Positions 48,780 through 59,357 of a stretch of DNA of 64,000 nucleotides are shown in pieces. The position numbers and the translations under genes were made by a program. The stretch's first letter is position 1, and the number at the start of each line of letters is the position of its first letter. Source of the stretch: Rhodosorus marinus CCMP1338 (taxonomy: Eukaryota; Plantae; Rhodophyta); the NCBI GenBank assembly GCA_029953675.1, contig JAMWBK010000008.1, positions 868,001 through 932,000 of the forward strand. The letters are read 5' to 3'. A model generated the notes under the pieces. The model had not been told where the DNA came from, did no database searches, and was given only the letters and a program-made list of their open reading frames with translations.

Positions 48780-50102
48780 TCACTTAAATTGACCAGTTCG
48801 TTTTCGAACGGGAATTGCGAATCCTCTTCTCTGTAGGGACACGAATTTGTCCCTTACCAGATTACCCTTCACCTTTGTCCGTCTAAGGTCTTTGCCAAGC
48901 TCTTCAGTGAGAGGAACAATGATCTCACGATCAGGAACCTTCCTCCCCGCAATCCTCCTACGAACTACCTCTCGGCGCATCTTCTTTACCTGTGGGAGTG
49001 TACAGAGCGAAGAGAAGACTAAGTTGGCTACAAGCCAGACGGATTGAGCTTCTCGAGCAATCTGATTACCTTGTCTGCATCTGGACGCGCGCTCTCGTCT
49101 ATTTCTTTTTCAATTTCCTCAATACGTTCAATGTCACCTCGCAGCTTTCTCTTAGCTTTTCGAAGTTCAGACTCCTGCTCCGAATGCTTTCTACGCATTT
49201 CGCGATTCCTTTCCGTACGAGTTTTCTTCTCAGGAGCTGTCTTTGAGGGGGCAGGACCATCTTCCGCTTCGTCAGGTTTGGTTTCCGTGACGTGCTCGGA
49301 GGTAGTTGCTTCGTCGTGTTCGGTCTCGCCGACATAGAGTTTCTCACGCACCCAGTCCCTTTCATGTTCACGCCTTACCACTTGCGATACAGCTTCTCCT
49401 AGCAAGTCCTGGTGGTCGTGAAAGGAGGGATTTATGCTCGCTCCTGCTGGTGCAACTTGGTCACGCGTTTGTCTCCCGCTTGCACCTGCGAACAGCCGTG
49501 CAAGAATTGAAAGCTTGTTATCATCTGAAACTAAAGACCAACAGATATCAGCCCATTGGCATGTACGCTGCTGTGAACAAACCTTCGTCGTCCAACGGCA
49601 GGTTCTTCTTCTTGACTGGAAGCTTCCACCAGTTCCCCACATCCGCATCTTCCTCTGGCACGCTCCACACATCGTAGCGATTGCGAGACTGGGAAGGCTT
49701 TCTCTTCCTTTTCTGAGTCCAGGTTTCCTTTGCGATTGACTTCTTTACTATCTTCTGGTCAGCGTTTGGAATTCCGTCCTTCAACGGCTTCGAGGCCTTA
49801 AACTGCTTTTCGTCTGGAATTGCCTTGATATTATCGTTGGGAATCAGAGCAGCCTCGCTCCGACGCACTTTTTGTCCGCGTAGTTTCCCTTTCTCATCTT
49901 TGTACAGTTTCGTTCTCAGCTCCTCCTTGCCCGTGGGCTGTTTGTCCGTAAAATATAGCTCGCTGTCCTTAGCTTGCTCAGCCTTCCTACCCAACGCCCT
50001 AACCTCAGCCTCCGCTGCCAGAGCATCATCTTCAATTCTCTCAATGGCAGCATTAGCCCGCTTGATACGCTTCTTTCCCGTTCCTTTCTTCACCTTAACC
50101 AT
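48780..50102 (-). CDS. NOP53: Ribosome biogenesis factor NOP53/GLTSCR2; complement(join(48780..48989,49070..49485,49583..50102))
   Basis: ELYFTDK, YDVW, APAGASINPSFHDHQDLL, KKTRTERNR and the C-terminal LRRTKVKGNLVRDKFVSLQRRG. Confidence 0.88.
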
Positions 50103-51584
50103 GGCGAAGCACTTAAAGCTTTGGCGTCAAAACAGAGCCGACTGATCTACCCCCCTAAAAAAACAACAACCAATAGATTCCAAGAAAACACAGAAAAGCG
50201 AGTAAAACACAGCTTCGAGCCAGTTATAGGCTCACTCTCAAATATCAGTACAGACGGCTTCGCAAGCTAACTCAACCTACTAAAAGCCTTTGCGTCACCA
50301 ACAACCCTCCGCTACTCCAAAACAGTTCCGCCATGTGCCGCTGAGCGGCGTCCGATGAAGATGGCAAATACTTAAAAATATCTAAACAAATCGTTAGATA
50401 TTACGAATTTTGATCTTAAGTGAAACTATCTTTACATATCTGAAATATACTGGAAGATATCTTGGATGCTAGTTGGATTGGTGACGAGGAGGAACGACTG
50501 TGCTGGTTGGTACGACTAATTTCTGTGTGCGTAGAGCGTGTTTACCTGCGTACCAGAGCTAGGTAACACGTGGTGGGGATCACGCTCACGTCTCGAACGT
50601 TCGAACGCTGGCTTATCCTCGTGTTTTCTGGTGTGGTCTATTGCGAGCGGCGTGGATTCGAGGATGTAGTGGAATATGTGACCCCTAATCAGAAGCTTAA
50701 TACATGTAGCTGGCATAGGGTAGGGTGGTGGCAAGGGGGTGATACGTATTGACCGCCAAGCATGACTTTATAGACACCTTAGAACGCATTCCGATGAAGC
50801 CCTTCACGCGTTGTGAACCAACCCGAGCACTGATCTGAGGAAAACAGCCATTTGTCAGCTGAACAACACGAGCCAGACGATGGCGACAACCTTGCGAGAC
50901 TTGACCAGGAGTTGCTCCCTTCCTCACATCGAACGTTTCGCAAAGCAGGGGAGAAGAACCGAACGGAGACCCTGAATCCTGTAGTTGAGTACTGACACTG
51001 CACCATGCCGTTTCCATCGGCTCTTCAATCCGAATTCTCATCCCCAAGGACAAAGCTCATAGACCCCCAATTTTCACTAAATTTTGTAAGTTCCTTAACT
51101 CATTCCTATCTATCCAATAATAGAACTTACAATGTTATAGGTGCGTAAATCGTTAAATCATTCGCTAATATACATCAACAACGAACTGAATTAGAACTAG
51201 TGGATAAAAATTACATGAATACATTAAATTCAGAACGCTTACGCTGCTGAATTCGACCACTATCAGTGGGATAACAAAATTTAATCAAAAGACACGAATT
51301 TCTTCTCCTTCCCTCCTGTTGAGATATTCAGCATTTCCAGTCGTGGATTAATTTTATGTCTATATATTGAGCTTGGCGGTGAGGGTTTGGGACGATAGAG
51401 GTGGAGTTGGGAAGAGGACTGTCTGAGGAAGGTCTTTGTAATTTTTGTTTTGTGCGTGGATTTAGAGCAACCGTGAGGTTTAATATATACAGTTTGGTGA
51501 AGTTTGGTTTTCGCAATCTTGAGGAATACGTGTTCATTGGAGTCGTGTTTTTTTCTTAAGAACCTTTTCTGAGAGTAAGGAATA

Positions 51585-52451
51585 ATGGGTTTGTTTAACA
51601 AGGCGAGCACTAAGCAGGCGAAGCCTGCAACCAAGCCGAAGGCGAATACAATGAAGCCTGCGGATTTATCAGGTGAGCGTTTGCGGCGTTAAGATGATGT
51701 GCTTAGGTTTTATGCCCGGGAACTTGCTTTGAAACTGAAAGGTCTGGAATTTTTTTTTGGTTGCGGTTGGTGAAAAACAGAGACGTTGTTTAATATGAAG
51801 TTCACTGCAAAGCAGATGGGCAGGTTAGCGAAGAAAGCTCACTCTTCTATGGAGGCTGAGAAGAAGAAGTGTAAGCAAGCAATCGAGCAGTCTAACGTGG
51901 AAGGGGCCAAAATTCACGCCGAAAACGCTGTGAGGAACGAAAAACAGGAAATTTCATACTTGAGGTAATGGCTCTTGAGCACCTGCTTTGGTTTTGCTTT
52001 CGGAATGAATTAAGTCTGATTCGGGTCTGTTTATCTGGGTTTCTTTAGGTTGCAATCGAGACTTGATGCTGTTGTTTCGAAATTGGAAGCCCACACCAAG
52101 ATGATGACGGTGACTGCCTCGATGGGAGATGTTTCCAACAAGTTGGACGAGGCGTTGCAGACAATGGACATTAATAAGATCACAGCTGTGATGGACACCT
52201 TCGAGAAACAGTTTGAGAACCTGGATTTGAACGCCCAGTACATGGACGGCGCCATTGGAGAGTCTGTGGCTTCTTCCGTACCACAAAACGAAGTCAACAC
52301 GCTACTGCAACAGGTGGGAGAGGAGCATAATTTGGAGGTCAATGAGATCATTGGAGGTCCGAAGATTCCCGGAACGAAGACCGGGCAGCCGAGTAAAGAG
52401 ACTAACCCAGGAGAAATTGATACCCTGGAGGAGAAGTTGAGGAACCTGTAG
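51585..52451 (+). CDS. CHMP1: ESCRT-III CHMP1/Did2/Vps46; join(51585..51672,51781..51964,52049..52451)
   Basis: LFNMKFTAKQ, GAKIHAENAVR, YLRLQSRLDAV, MDTFEKQFENLD, VPQNEVNTLLQQV and a C-terminal MIM-like LEEKLRNL. Confidence 0.93.
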
Positions 52452-52972
52452 AGAACTCTGGGCTATTGCCTGATTTATTATACCTCTCGGAAGCAGCTAC
52501 TGCATTTACGTTGTTGATGAGTTTTTAATCGCTTCATTATTTGCGATGTTATCGACCGCTGAGGAAGCCTCAGACCATTCGTGGCGACCATGCATCAAAT
52601 CGCGAACATTGTGAAGCGTTTACTTCGCTCATATCAGTATATAAAGATTTGCAAATGACGACTGACGAGTGGACCATCAATTCCTTCATGACTTTTCTTG
52701 TAAGGGCCTCAGCTCCTGCGAATTACGTTTTGCCGTAGTTGGATCCCAACCATACAGGCACTTGTGGTTGGACATTCTTTCCTGAGGTCCGTTTAGACTC
52801 ATATGTGCATACTACATGTCCCAGTGACGATCGAGGCTCCCACAACTCTACATGAAACACTGAACCGCATTCTCCCGTGGGAATCACCTCCGAGTGCCTT
52901 CGCTCCCAAGCCGGGCAGGGGACATTAGAAGTAAAGAACCATGTATAAGACCGGCTTGGCAACTTGGAAATC

Positions 52973-53045
52973 TAGTATGAGCCGGGATCGAACCGGCGAC
53001 CTTAAGATCTTCAGTCTTACGCTCTCCCAACTGAGCTATCCCGGC
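52973..53045 (-). tRNA. tRNA-Phe(GAA)-derived sequence with a defective 3' acceptor strand (probable pseudo-tRNA)
   Basis: GCCGGGATAGCTCAGTTGGGAGAGCGTAAGACTGAAGATCTTAAGGTCGCCGGTTCGATCCCGGC has intact D, anticodon and T arms and intact A/B boxes. Positions 66-72 read TCATACT and do not pair with GCCGGGA. Confidence 0.85.
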
Positions 53046-53216
53046 TATCCGTGCTCTTTGGAGGCAAAGTCCCTGGTCGCTTCCGTCCCTGGACGACACA
53101 CGGGACTTGACTTACACAGGTACCGAGCTATCCCGGCTATCCGTGCTCTTTGGAGGCAAAGTCCCTGGTCGCTTCCGTCCCTGGACGACACACGGGACTT
53201 GACTTACACAGGTACC
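53033..53216. repeat. Exact 2 x 92-bp tandem duplication
   Basis: The unit gagctatcccggctatccgtg...cttacacaggtacc occurs at 53033 and 53125. Confidence 0.97.
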
Positions 53217-53979
53217 GACGTAAAAAAAACAACAGGCTGCACCACAAATCGCTTGCAATATATATAGCGATTTCTTCCTCTCACACCTTTTGGTCCTGAA
53301 CGGCAGGTTTGGGCATATGAGAGTACGAAACTTGCTATCAAAGGAGCAAATGGACGTGGAAGCTGAAAACGCTCCTCTTGTCTGCCAGTACTCGAGTCTC
53401 GGATCGCTTCAAGAATCGTGGCTATTGCACGAGTTCAAGACGAGCCTTAGTTCACGCAAGGGCGGCGGAATCAGAGCAAATAGAGCCCCAATACAACTCG
53501 TGTGGCCAACTGTTGAACAGGTGCGCACGAGCCTGGCGGGCTACAGCTCTGGGGGCTCGCTTCCATGTCCGCAGAGAAACTTGAAACCGTTCTTGTCACC
53601 CCTGTTTCATCGATGGGACGGGTCGGCAAGCAACCGCACGGAAGCGATGCCGCACATAAAAACGTATCTCAGACACTCTGACGGGAAGCTTCACTTCTTC
53701 ATGCTGACCTCCGCCAACCTGTCCGGCGCGGCTTGGGGGAAACTTGAAAAAGGTGGAAGTCAACTATTCGTACGCTCCTATGAGCTGGGTGTACTTTTCC
53801 TTCCCTCTTTCTACACGGAGTCATCGTTCTCCCTCTCCGCGAGCCGACCCTGCCGTGGATTGTCCGACGGCAAATACGAATTTTCCGGTCCAGTCAGCAC
53901 GCGATTCCAGCGGATGAACCTGATGATTGCGAAGTTTGCAGTAAATGCGATACGATCAAACACCGATTTCCCCTCTTAA
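53046..53979 (+). pseudogene. TDP1: 5'-truncated tyrosyl-DNA phosphodiesterase 1 (C-terminal half only)
   Basis: SLVASVPGRHTGLDLHR joined by an intron (GT at 53120 or 53212, AG at 53306) to FGHMRVRNLL...CQYSSLGSL...LVWPTVEQVRTSLAGY..GGSLP...MPHIKTY...LTSANLSGAAWG...SYELGVLF. The first catalytic HKN half is not found upstream. Confidence 0.88.
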
Positions 53980-54212
53980 GTACTCGAGTAGCCTTGTGTT
54001 TGGAAAAGTCATGACCTTGGTCCCGCCAAGACGTGCTCCGGCATGGATGAGATGGCCAGCGCAAGCGAAAGATTTTTTTTTAGGTAGTTATAGTAGCAGA
54101 CGAGTTTTAGTGGTTTTCCATAACAAGCCCACTACGGACTGCGGACGAGGTTGCAGCTCAGCCTACACTCTTATCGCTATCAGTCGTTTATCCATGTCAG
54201 CCTGACCCTGCT

Positions 54213-54456
54213 TGACACGTCCTCCATTAACGAGTGTCGGTGATCCAAAATAATTTTAAATTCCCTTTTTGTTTTTGTCTTTTATCTATCTTGGATAGCT
54301 CTAATCCTAAGACGGAAGGTCGTAACTTCCGTATTTATAGGCTTCCGGTTCATGTCTTGGGTTTGCTAGAGTACTATTATTAGATCTAGACTTATCTATT
54401 ATTAGCCTTGTTTCGGGCTACACTGCAGACGGCTGACTTGTTCGGTCAGGACGTAA
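54213..54456 (-). mobile_element. Solo LTR of the same gypsy family
   Basis: The reverse complement matches both LTRs. It is flanked by CTGCT (54208-54212 and 54457-54461). The terminal CA appears lost through a 2-bp deletion. Confidence 0.93.
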
Positions 54457-54808
54457 CTGCTCTCGCCACAACCACCACATTTGCTTCTTCAGCACAATCT
54501 GTCCTACGGTATCGTTGACGACAAGAAAAATGAAAAATGAATAAAATTAAGCTGGTTCTTTTTGGCTTGAGGTTTTCTGATCTAAAAACTGAGGTTTTAC
54601 TGTTTTTGGAGTGTTCGCTTCAGGGTTGATGGCGGCAAGAGAGAGGGAGAAAGGCAAGTCGAGTTCATCAGTCTTTGGGAAGAGGAGGGGCTTTAAGCAG
54701 TTAAGGATCGACTATTGTGACTGATAGATCTGCAGTCCACAATCCTAGGATACGTATTTCATTGATCCTTTTGAATTAGTTTTGGTAGTGTAAATTATTT
54801 TGGCAGTG

Positions 54809-56059
54809 ATGGGTCATCGAAGGAGGATGCCGAAGAGTGATGGTGGGGAGCAGCGGATCGATTCCTTCATGATGAAGGGCGGCAGCGCTTTGGAGGTCGA
54901 GCCAGTGGTGAAGGATTTCGTAGGTGGAGGTAATGCAGTGAAGGAAGAGGAAGGTCCTCCTGCTGAAGTTCAGCCCCCGGTTAATGTGGATCAGGCTGGG
55001 GAAACGCAGGACAGTCTCTTCGGTAAGCAATATGTTTGGTTCAGTAGCAGGTGCTGGAATGCTGCCCAGGTTTAGCAGATTAAAGACCGGTTTCGTTGCT
55101 GTTAGACGATGACGCTGGCTTAGGGAAAGACGAATTGGTCGTGAAGTTCGATCCGGATCCGGAGCAGGATGAAGATGCGAATGCGACGCAGGTGATGGGT
55201 GAGGATGAGATCGTTGAATCGAGCATACTGCAGAGCAAGATAAAATCCGTAAGTGACCTACCTTGCAACCACCTGACCTCCTATGGGAGGTGTTGCTTAC
55301 TGGAGCACTGTTTTCATCCTGCAGAACACCATTCCTCTCATCTGCCCTCCGAAGTTGGAAGAGAACTTGGTCCTTGCGCAGTCTGCTGACGTTTCTTTTG
55401 ACCTCAGCGGGGATGTTGGCGCTGTTGGAAGGGTTAAAATTGAAGAAGGGAAACTCAGCTTCGATCTGAAAGGTACGGGGAAAAAACTGCAGCATGAAAG
55501 CTCTACGTGCGGGTACAAACGGTATCTCAGTTGCAATGCCTGTCCGGATCGCATTCGTAGGAACGTTTTATGATGCTGGCAGAGTAGCTTGCAACTCGAT
55601 GCTGGTTGTTGCTGTTGGGGACACGGAGGCGAGGGTGAGCTCTGTCATCGATGAGTATCTTCTCCTGACGGAGAGTACCGAAGACACCGGGGGAGAGAAG
55701 GTTTTGGCAGGTAACGTCGATTTTGGTACAGAGGATCAGGAGGTTCTTAACAGTTCAGACGCAAAACCGGATGAGAAGGGAACCAAGAAGAGAAAGAAGA
55801 GCGTACGCATGAATACCTTCGAAGGTTTAATTGTAAGAACTCAGTGCGGTCGTCTAACACTCGGGATCATGCTCCTTTCGCTAGGAGCTTGGAAAGGCGG
55901 TTGCCACGGTTCGCGTTAACAAAAAGGCTAGATCGGTAAGTCAAGAAGTCGCTGAACCAGGAACAGGGAATTTCCGTTGCGTACTAACTGTGGGGACTGT
56001 AATATGTGCGATAGGGATCCTCACTCAAGTCCAAGCTGAAGAAAAAATTGAAAAAGTAG
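54809..56059 (+). CDS. BIN4: BIN4/MIDGET-like topoisomerase VI accessory subunit; first exons 54809..55022, 55106..55248, 55325..55472, 55561 onward; 3' exons tentative
   Basis: DLSGDVGAVGRV...FDLKGTFY...MLVVAVGDTEARVSSVIDEYL matches the plant BIN4 core (DLSGDMGAVGR...LDLKGTIY...VV..GQTEAKIEAIMNDF). Confidence 0.8.
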
Positions 56060-56130
56060 TGTCGTCGCAATACTCTATTTTATTTTTAGATATCAAATTC
56101 AATAATAAGTGTACAAGTACAAAGGTTTGG

Positions 56131-57400
56131 CTATGTGTACAGATCAAAAATTTCCTTGACAAGGGGATCACTGCCCTCGCGAACTAGATGCTCATTTCGA
56201 ACTTGTCGAATCAAGTCCTCATCGAGGGATTCACCCTCGTCCTCCTCTTCCTCACTATCTGACATTTGCGCTCGTGCTATCTCCTCGGGCTCAACTTCCA
56301 TTGAAGCACCCTGCCGTAGAGACTCCAATTCCTCCGGCAATGGCAAACGTCCGCTGCTGGCCAACTTTGCAGATAATGCCTCAGAATCATCTACGTTTAA
56401 TTCGCAAGATTGCTTCCGTTGAACGACATCTTCTTGAGCAAAGCTAGGCAACTTGGACCCTGTCGTATCTAGCTCAGAGCTCTTCACCCGCCTGAACGAG
56501 CTCCGCTTCCTTATTCGAAAAGGTATCTTCCGAACCCCACCGTCCTCCTGGCCCCTGGGAGATGATTTCCTCATGCTTCTGGAGGTTTCAATCCACGACT
56601 TGCAAAAAATTGAATCTACTGTTCTCCACCAATGCTACTACTCCTTTGTCTCCTATCCCTCAATTCATCAGCCACCATTCCAAACAAGGCCGTAGCAGAG
56701 GTGTGCTCCCCACGCAACCCTGCCAAGTGCCCATCCATTCCAGCCGGAGAACAAGACTCCCGCATTTTCACAAGATCGATGACGTTGACTGAGTTTAGGC
56801 TTAAAAACGCGGGAATCCACGGTAACCACCAATGATTGGATAATAGCTTCCCGCCATCAATCAATAATATATTGATTGAGGTTTGCAGTTGACTGGCTTG
56901 GCTGAAAAGCATTGATCTGTACAAAGGTTGATCACTGCACCACGGCTGGAACCGTATCAATCCTTTGAGTTTTACATGTCTTACCGGCTTTCAACGACCC
57001 GCTTTGGAAGCCCACTCTTCACGGAACCGTTTCCTTTTTGGTGTAGCTTTGCGTTCACGTCGAACTGTATGTTATAGTAATCCCATGACAGAACGAACTC
57101 CTGAGTTCGTTCTGTCATGGGATTACTCCCGCAGCAACGGGTTTCTGCAATAGCTTCCGTGGTGGAACGGACAAGATCCTCTCGAAACCACGTCAGACCG
57201 CTCTCGTTTCTCCCATTCGTAGTCACCCACCGAAAATAGTTTGACGCTGAAGTGCTTGAGAAGTTCGGAACGTTCCGACGTTTCATTCTCGGCAAGGACA
57301 ACGCTGACGGTGGGCGCAGCGTATCAGATCTTGCCTATCAGAATCGATCCAGCTAGAATCGGATGCGTAATGTATCCAAACTACTATTCTCTCCCAACCG
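56131..57400 (-). CDS. Hypothetical multi-exon gene, possibly disrupted near 57100
   Basis: ORFs 56131-56574, 56616-56960 and 56981-57301 are collinear with plausible GT-AG junctions. A G/T-rich sense 5' block lies at 57400-57800. No domain recognised. Confidence 0.45.
57076..57127. repeat. Perfect palindrome with 25-bp arms and a 2-nt loop
   Basis: agtaatcccatgacagaacgaactc ct gagttcgttctgtcatgggattact. Confidence 0.97.
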
Positions 57401-57948
57401 AAGCTAAGACAAGAGAGAGTCTAGCCCCTCTCACTCTTCTTACGCAGAGTGGTCCACCAACTCATCAACCCACGGGTTTCAACGATTTCTTGAATCCCTT
57501 GAAAAACAGTGGCGATCGGCACCCAAAAAAAAATTTGGCCAATGAAATGGTTAATGGACTGAACTACCTCAAACCACCACCAACTCTAATTTCTTCTCCC
57601 CGCAACCCCTTCTTAAACGATCATCTTCCTCCTGAACTGCAAACTTGACCTACCAACGATTTTTTTCTTATTATTTTCCAACAAAAACAACACAAAACAA
57701 TTGCAAAACAATAAAAAGCCGTTCTAAGTTGCAAAACATTATCAATTCTAACGAACATAATAAGATTTAGTTAAAATAAAATACTCTATTCAATCAATAT
57801 ATCGTATTAAAGACTTATATATTAGAAAAACAAATGATTTTTGAAATTCTGAGGGGTCCTTTTTGATATAGATTGAGAACTGCCTAATGAAAGTGTTTTA
57901 TTTTTGGAAGGTATTTTCCGGGTTTTGTTTTTTTTCTTCGGAATCCTA

Positions 57949-58280
57949 TATTCATGTATTATGGGATTTTTGATATGCATCTTTGTGGTTGGACGTCCAG
58001 AAATGTTTTGTGAAGAAAATTTTCAGTGTTGTTATTGATTGGTGCGATTGAAGTAGTTTGTTATGCTATTTTGGAAGGGGGACTAGAAGGAGGAATTTTG
58101 AGAGGTTTTGCATTAGATTAGGACGAAGAAATATTCATATATTATGGGAATGTTTGTCAAGTATGTTTGTGGTTGGACCCTTCGAAGTGTTTTTGTGAAG
58201 AAACATAATTTGTGTGGTTATTGATTGGTTGGGTTGAAGTATTTTGTGATTCTTTTTTTGAAGGTAGGTTTAGAACGAGA
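57949..58280. repeat. Diverged direct repeat, period about 183 bp
   Basis: tattcat.tattatggga...tttgtggttggac...gttttgtgaagaaa...gttattgattggt...ttgaagta occurs at 57949 and 58132. Confidence 0.8.
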
Positions 58281-58321
58281 AATTTTTGTGGGTACCGCTT
58301 AGAGAATAGGAGTTTTACGCG

Positions 58322-58790
58322 TGAGTGGGATGAGAAGCGTGTGGGACCTTCATCGCTTGTCCTCGAAATACATTGAGGACCTTCCTTACCGTTTCTCTAA
58401 CTCGCAAGCCCGCGCTTTGGGCCTGAGTAGCTATTCCTGCTATGGCGTGATTACCGTTTGTGTCGTCAAAATTGATTCTACTTCGGGTCTACAGTATACT
58501 ATCCATACACCGAGTGTTCTATCCCAGCTTCGCTATCTAGTCTGACCTTTCAACTATGCTGACACAAAGTCAACACCGGCCAACACTCCCCTTCGACCTT
58601 GTCCTATCGCGAAAGGTCGTTCCACAGCACCAAGACGCCCGCATCTCAGTTTCTCCGTGACGATCCTTTGTAGGTGCCTTCGTGAAGACATGGGCATCCA
58701 TTTCTGTGGCGAGATATCTGAGTTGTACTTCACCTGATGTGCATCGCTCGCGTGTATTCTGTAGTTTCGTCGCGGGATCGGACAACCAAT
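58322..58790 (-). mobile_element. Ty1/copia 3' remnant: RNase H tail, PPT and probable 3' LTR (about 58322-58585)
   Basis: RERCTSGEVQLRYLATEMDAHVFTKAPTKDRH resembles copia RNase H (IRE.V..G.I.L.YV.T..Q.AD.LTK.L). The ORF ends KGSV over the PPT GAAGGGGAG, followed by TGTTGG. Confidence 0.75.
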
Positions 58791-59357
58791 AAAATATTCA
58801 CAAGAAAGAAAAGTCGGAAACGTTCGATTTTGAGCGAATTCGGCGGGTTTTGAATGTTTATGTTATGCTGACACTACTCGGAGACTGTCATAGCGTACCC
58901 GCTGTAACTAGCCGAGAAACTAACGAGCAAGGAAAGACCTCGACTCCAGAAGGAGCATTACTACGCCACAGCACCAAGCTCAGCGATGAACACAGGCCCC
59001 GTCAAGTGGTCGGGACGTTCCACAAAGTGTGCTCTAGAAGCCAACCCACCCCTTCACCCTCCGTGAACTGGAAACTTCAATCATGAAATCTAGCGAGGGT
59101 TTCGGAGCTGAATCATATCAAATTTATAGAACAAGTCCCAAAATACTGGAATGCGGCTTTAATCTAGCCCTGAGTTTAATGTCTTGACGTTTGACGTTGC
59201 CCGGGGGTGGGCGGGATAGTTGAGCTGGGAAGGAGAGAGGGTTGGGTTGGGGGTGGTGTAGGCGGTAAACAGGTTGCTTTTTTGACATGGAGAAGAGTTA
59301 AAATAAAGGTGGTCATTTTCAGGAACAGCAGGTTTATGTGGAGTTGTTCTATGAAGG

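Noticed and set aside
50560-50640. U3 snoRNA (box C'- and B-like words on the minus strand)
   Set aside because: Boxes A, C and D are not found in the right order.
50840-50930. 16S rRNA, SRP or RNase P fragment
   Set aside because: Only an 11-nt word (GCTCGTGTTGT) and loose motifs. The surrounding conserved elements are absent.
52973-53220. Cyanidioschyzon-type permuted tRNA-Phe
   Set aside because: No 3' half (T-arm plus acceptor strand) is found upstream of the 5' half. The upstream copy holds only nucleotides 1-13.
56616-57400. PTEN/tensin C2-like identity for the orphan minus-strand gene
   Set aside because: The resemblance is too weak by eye and there is no HCxxGxxR motif.
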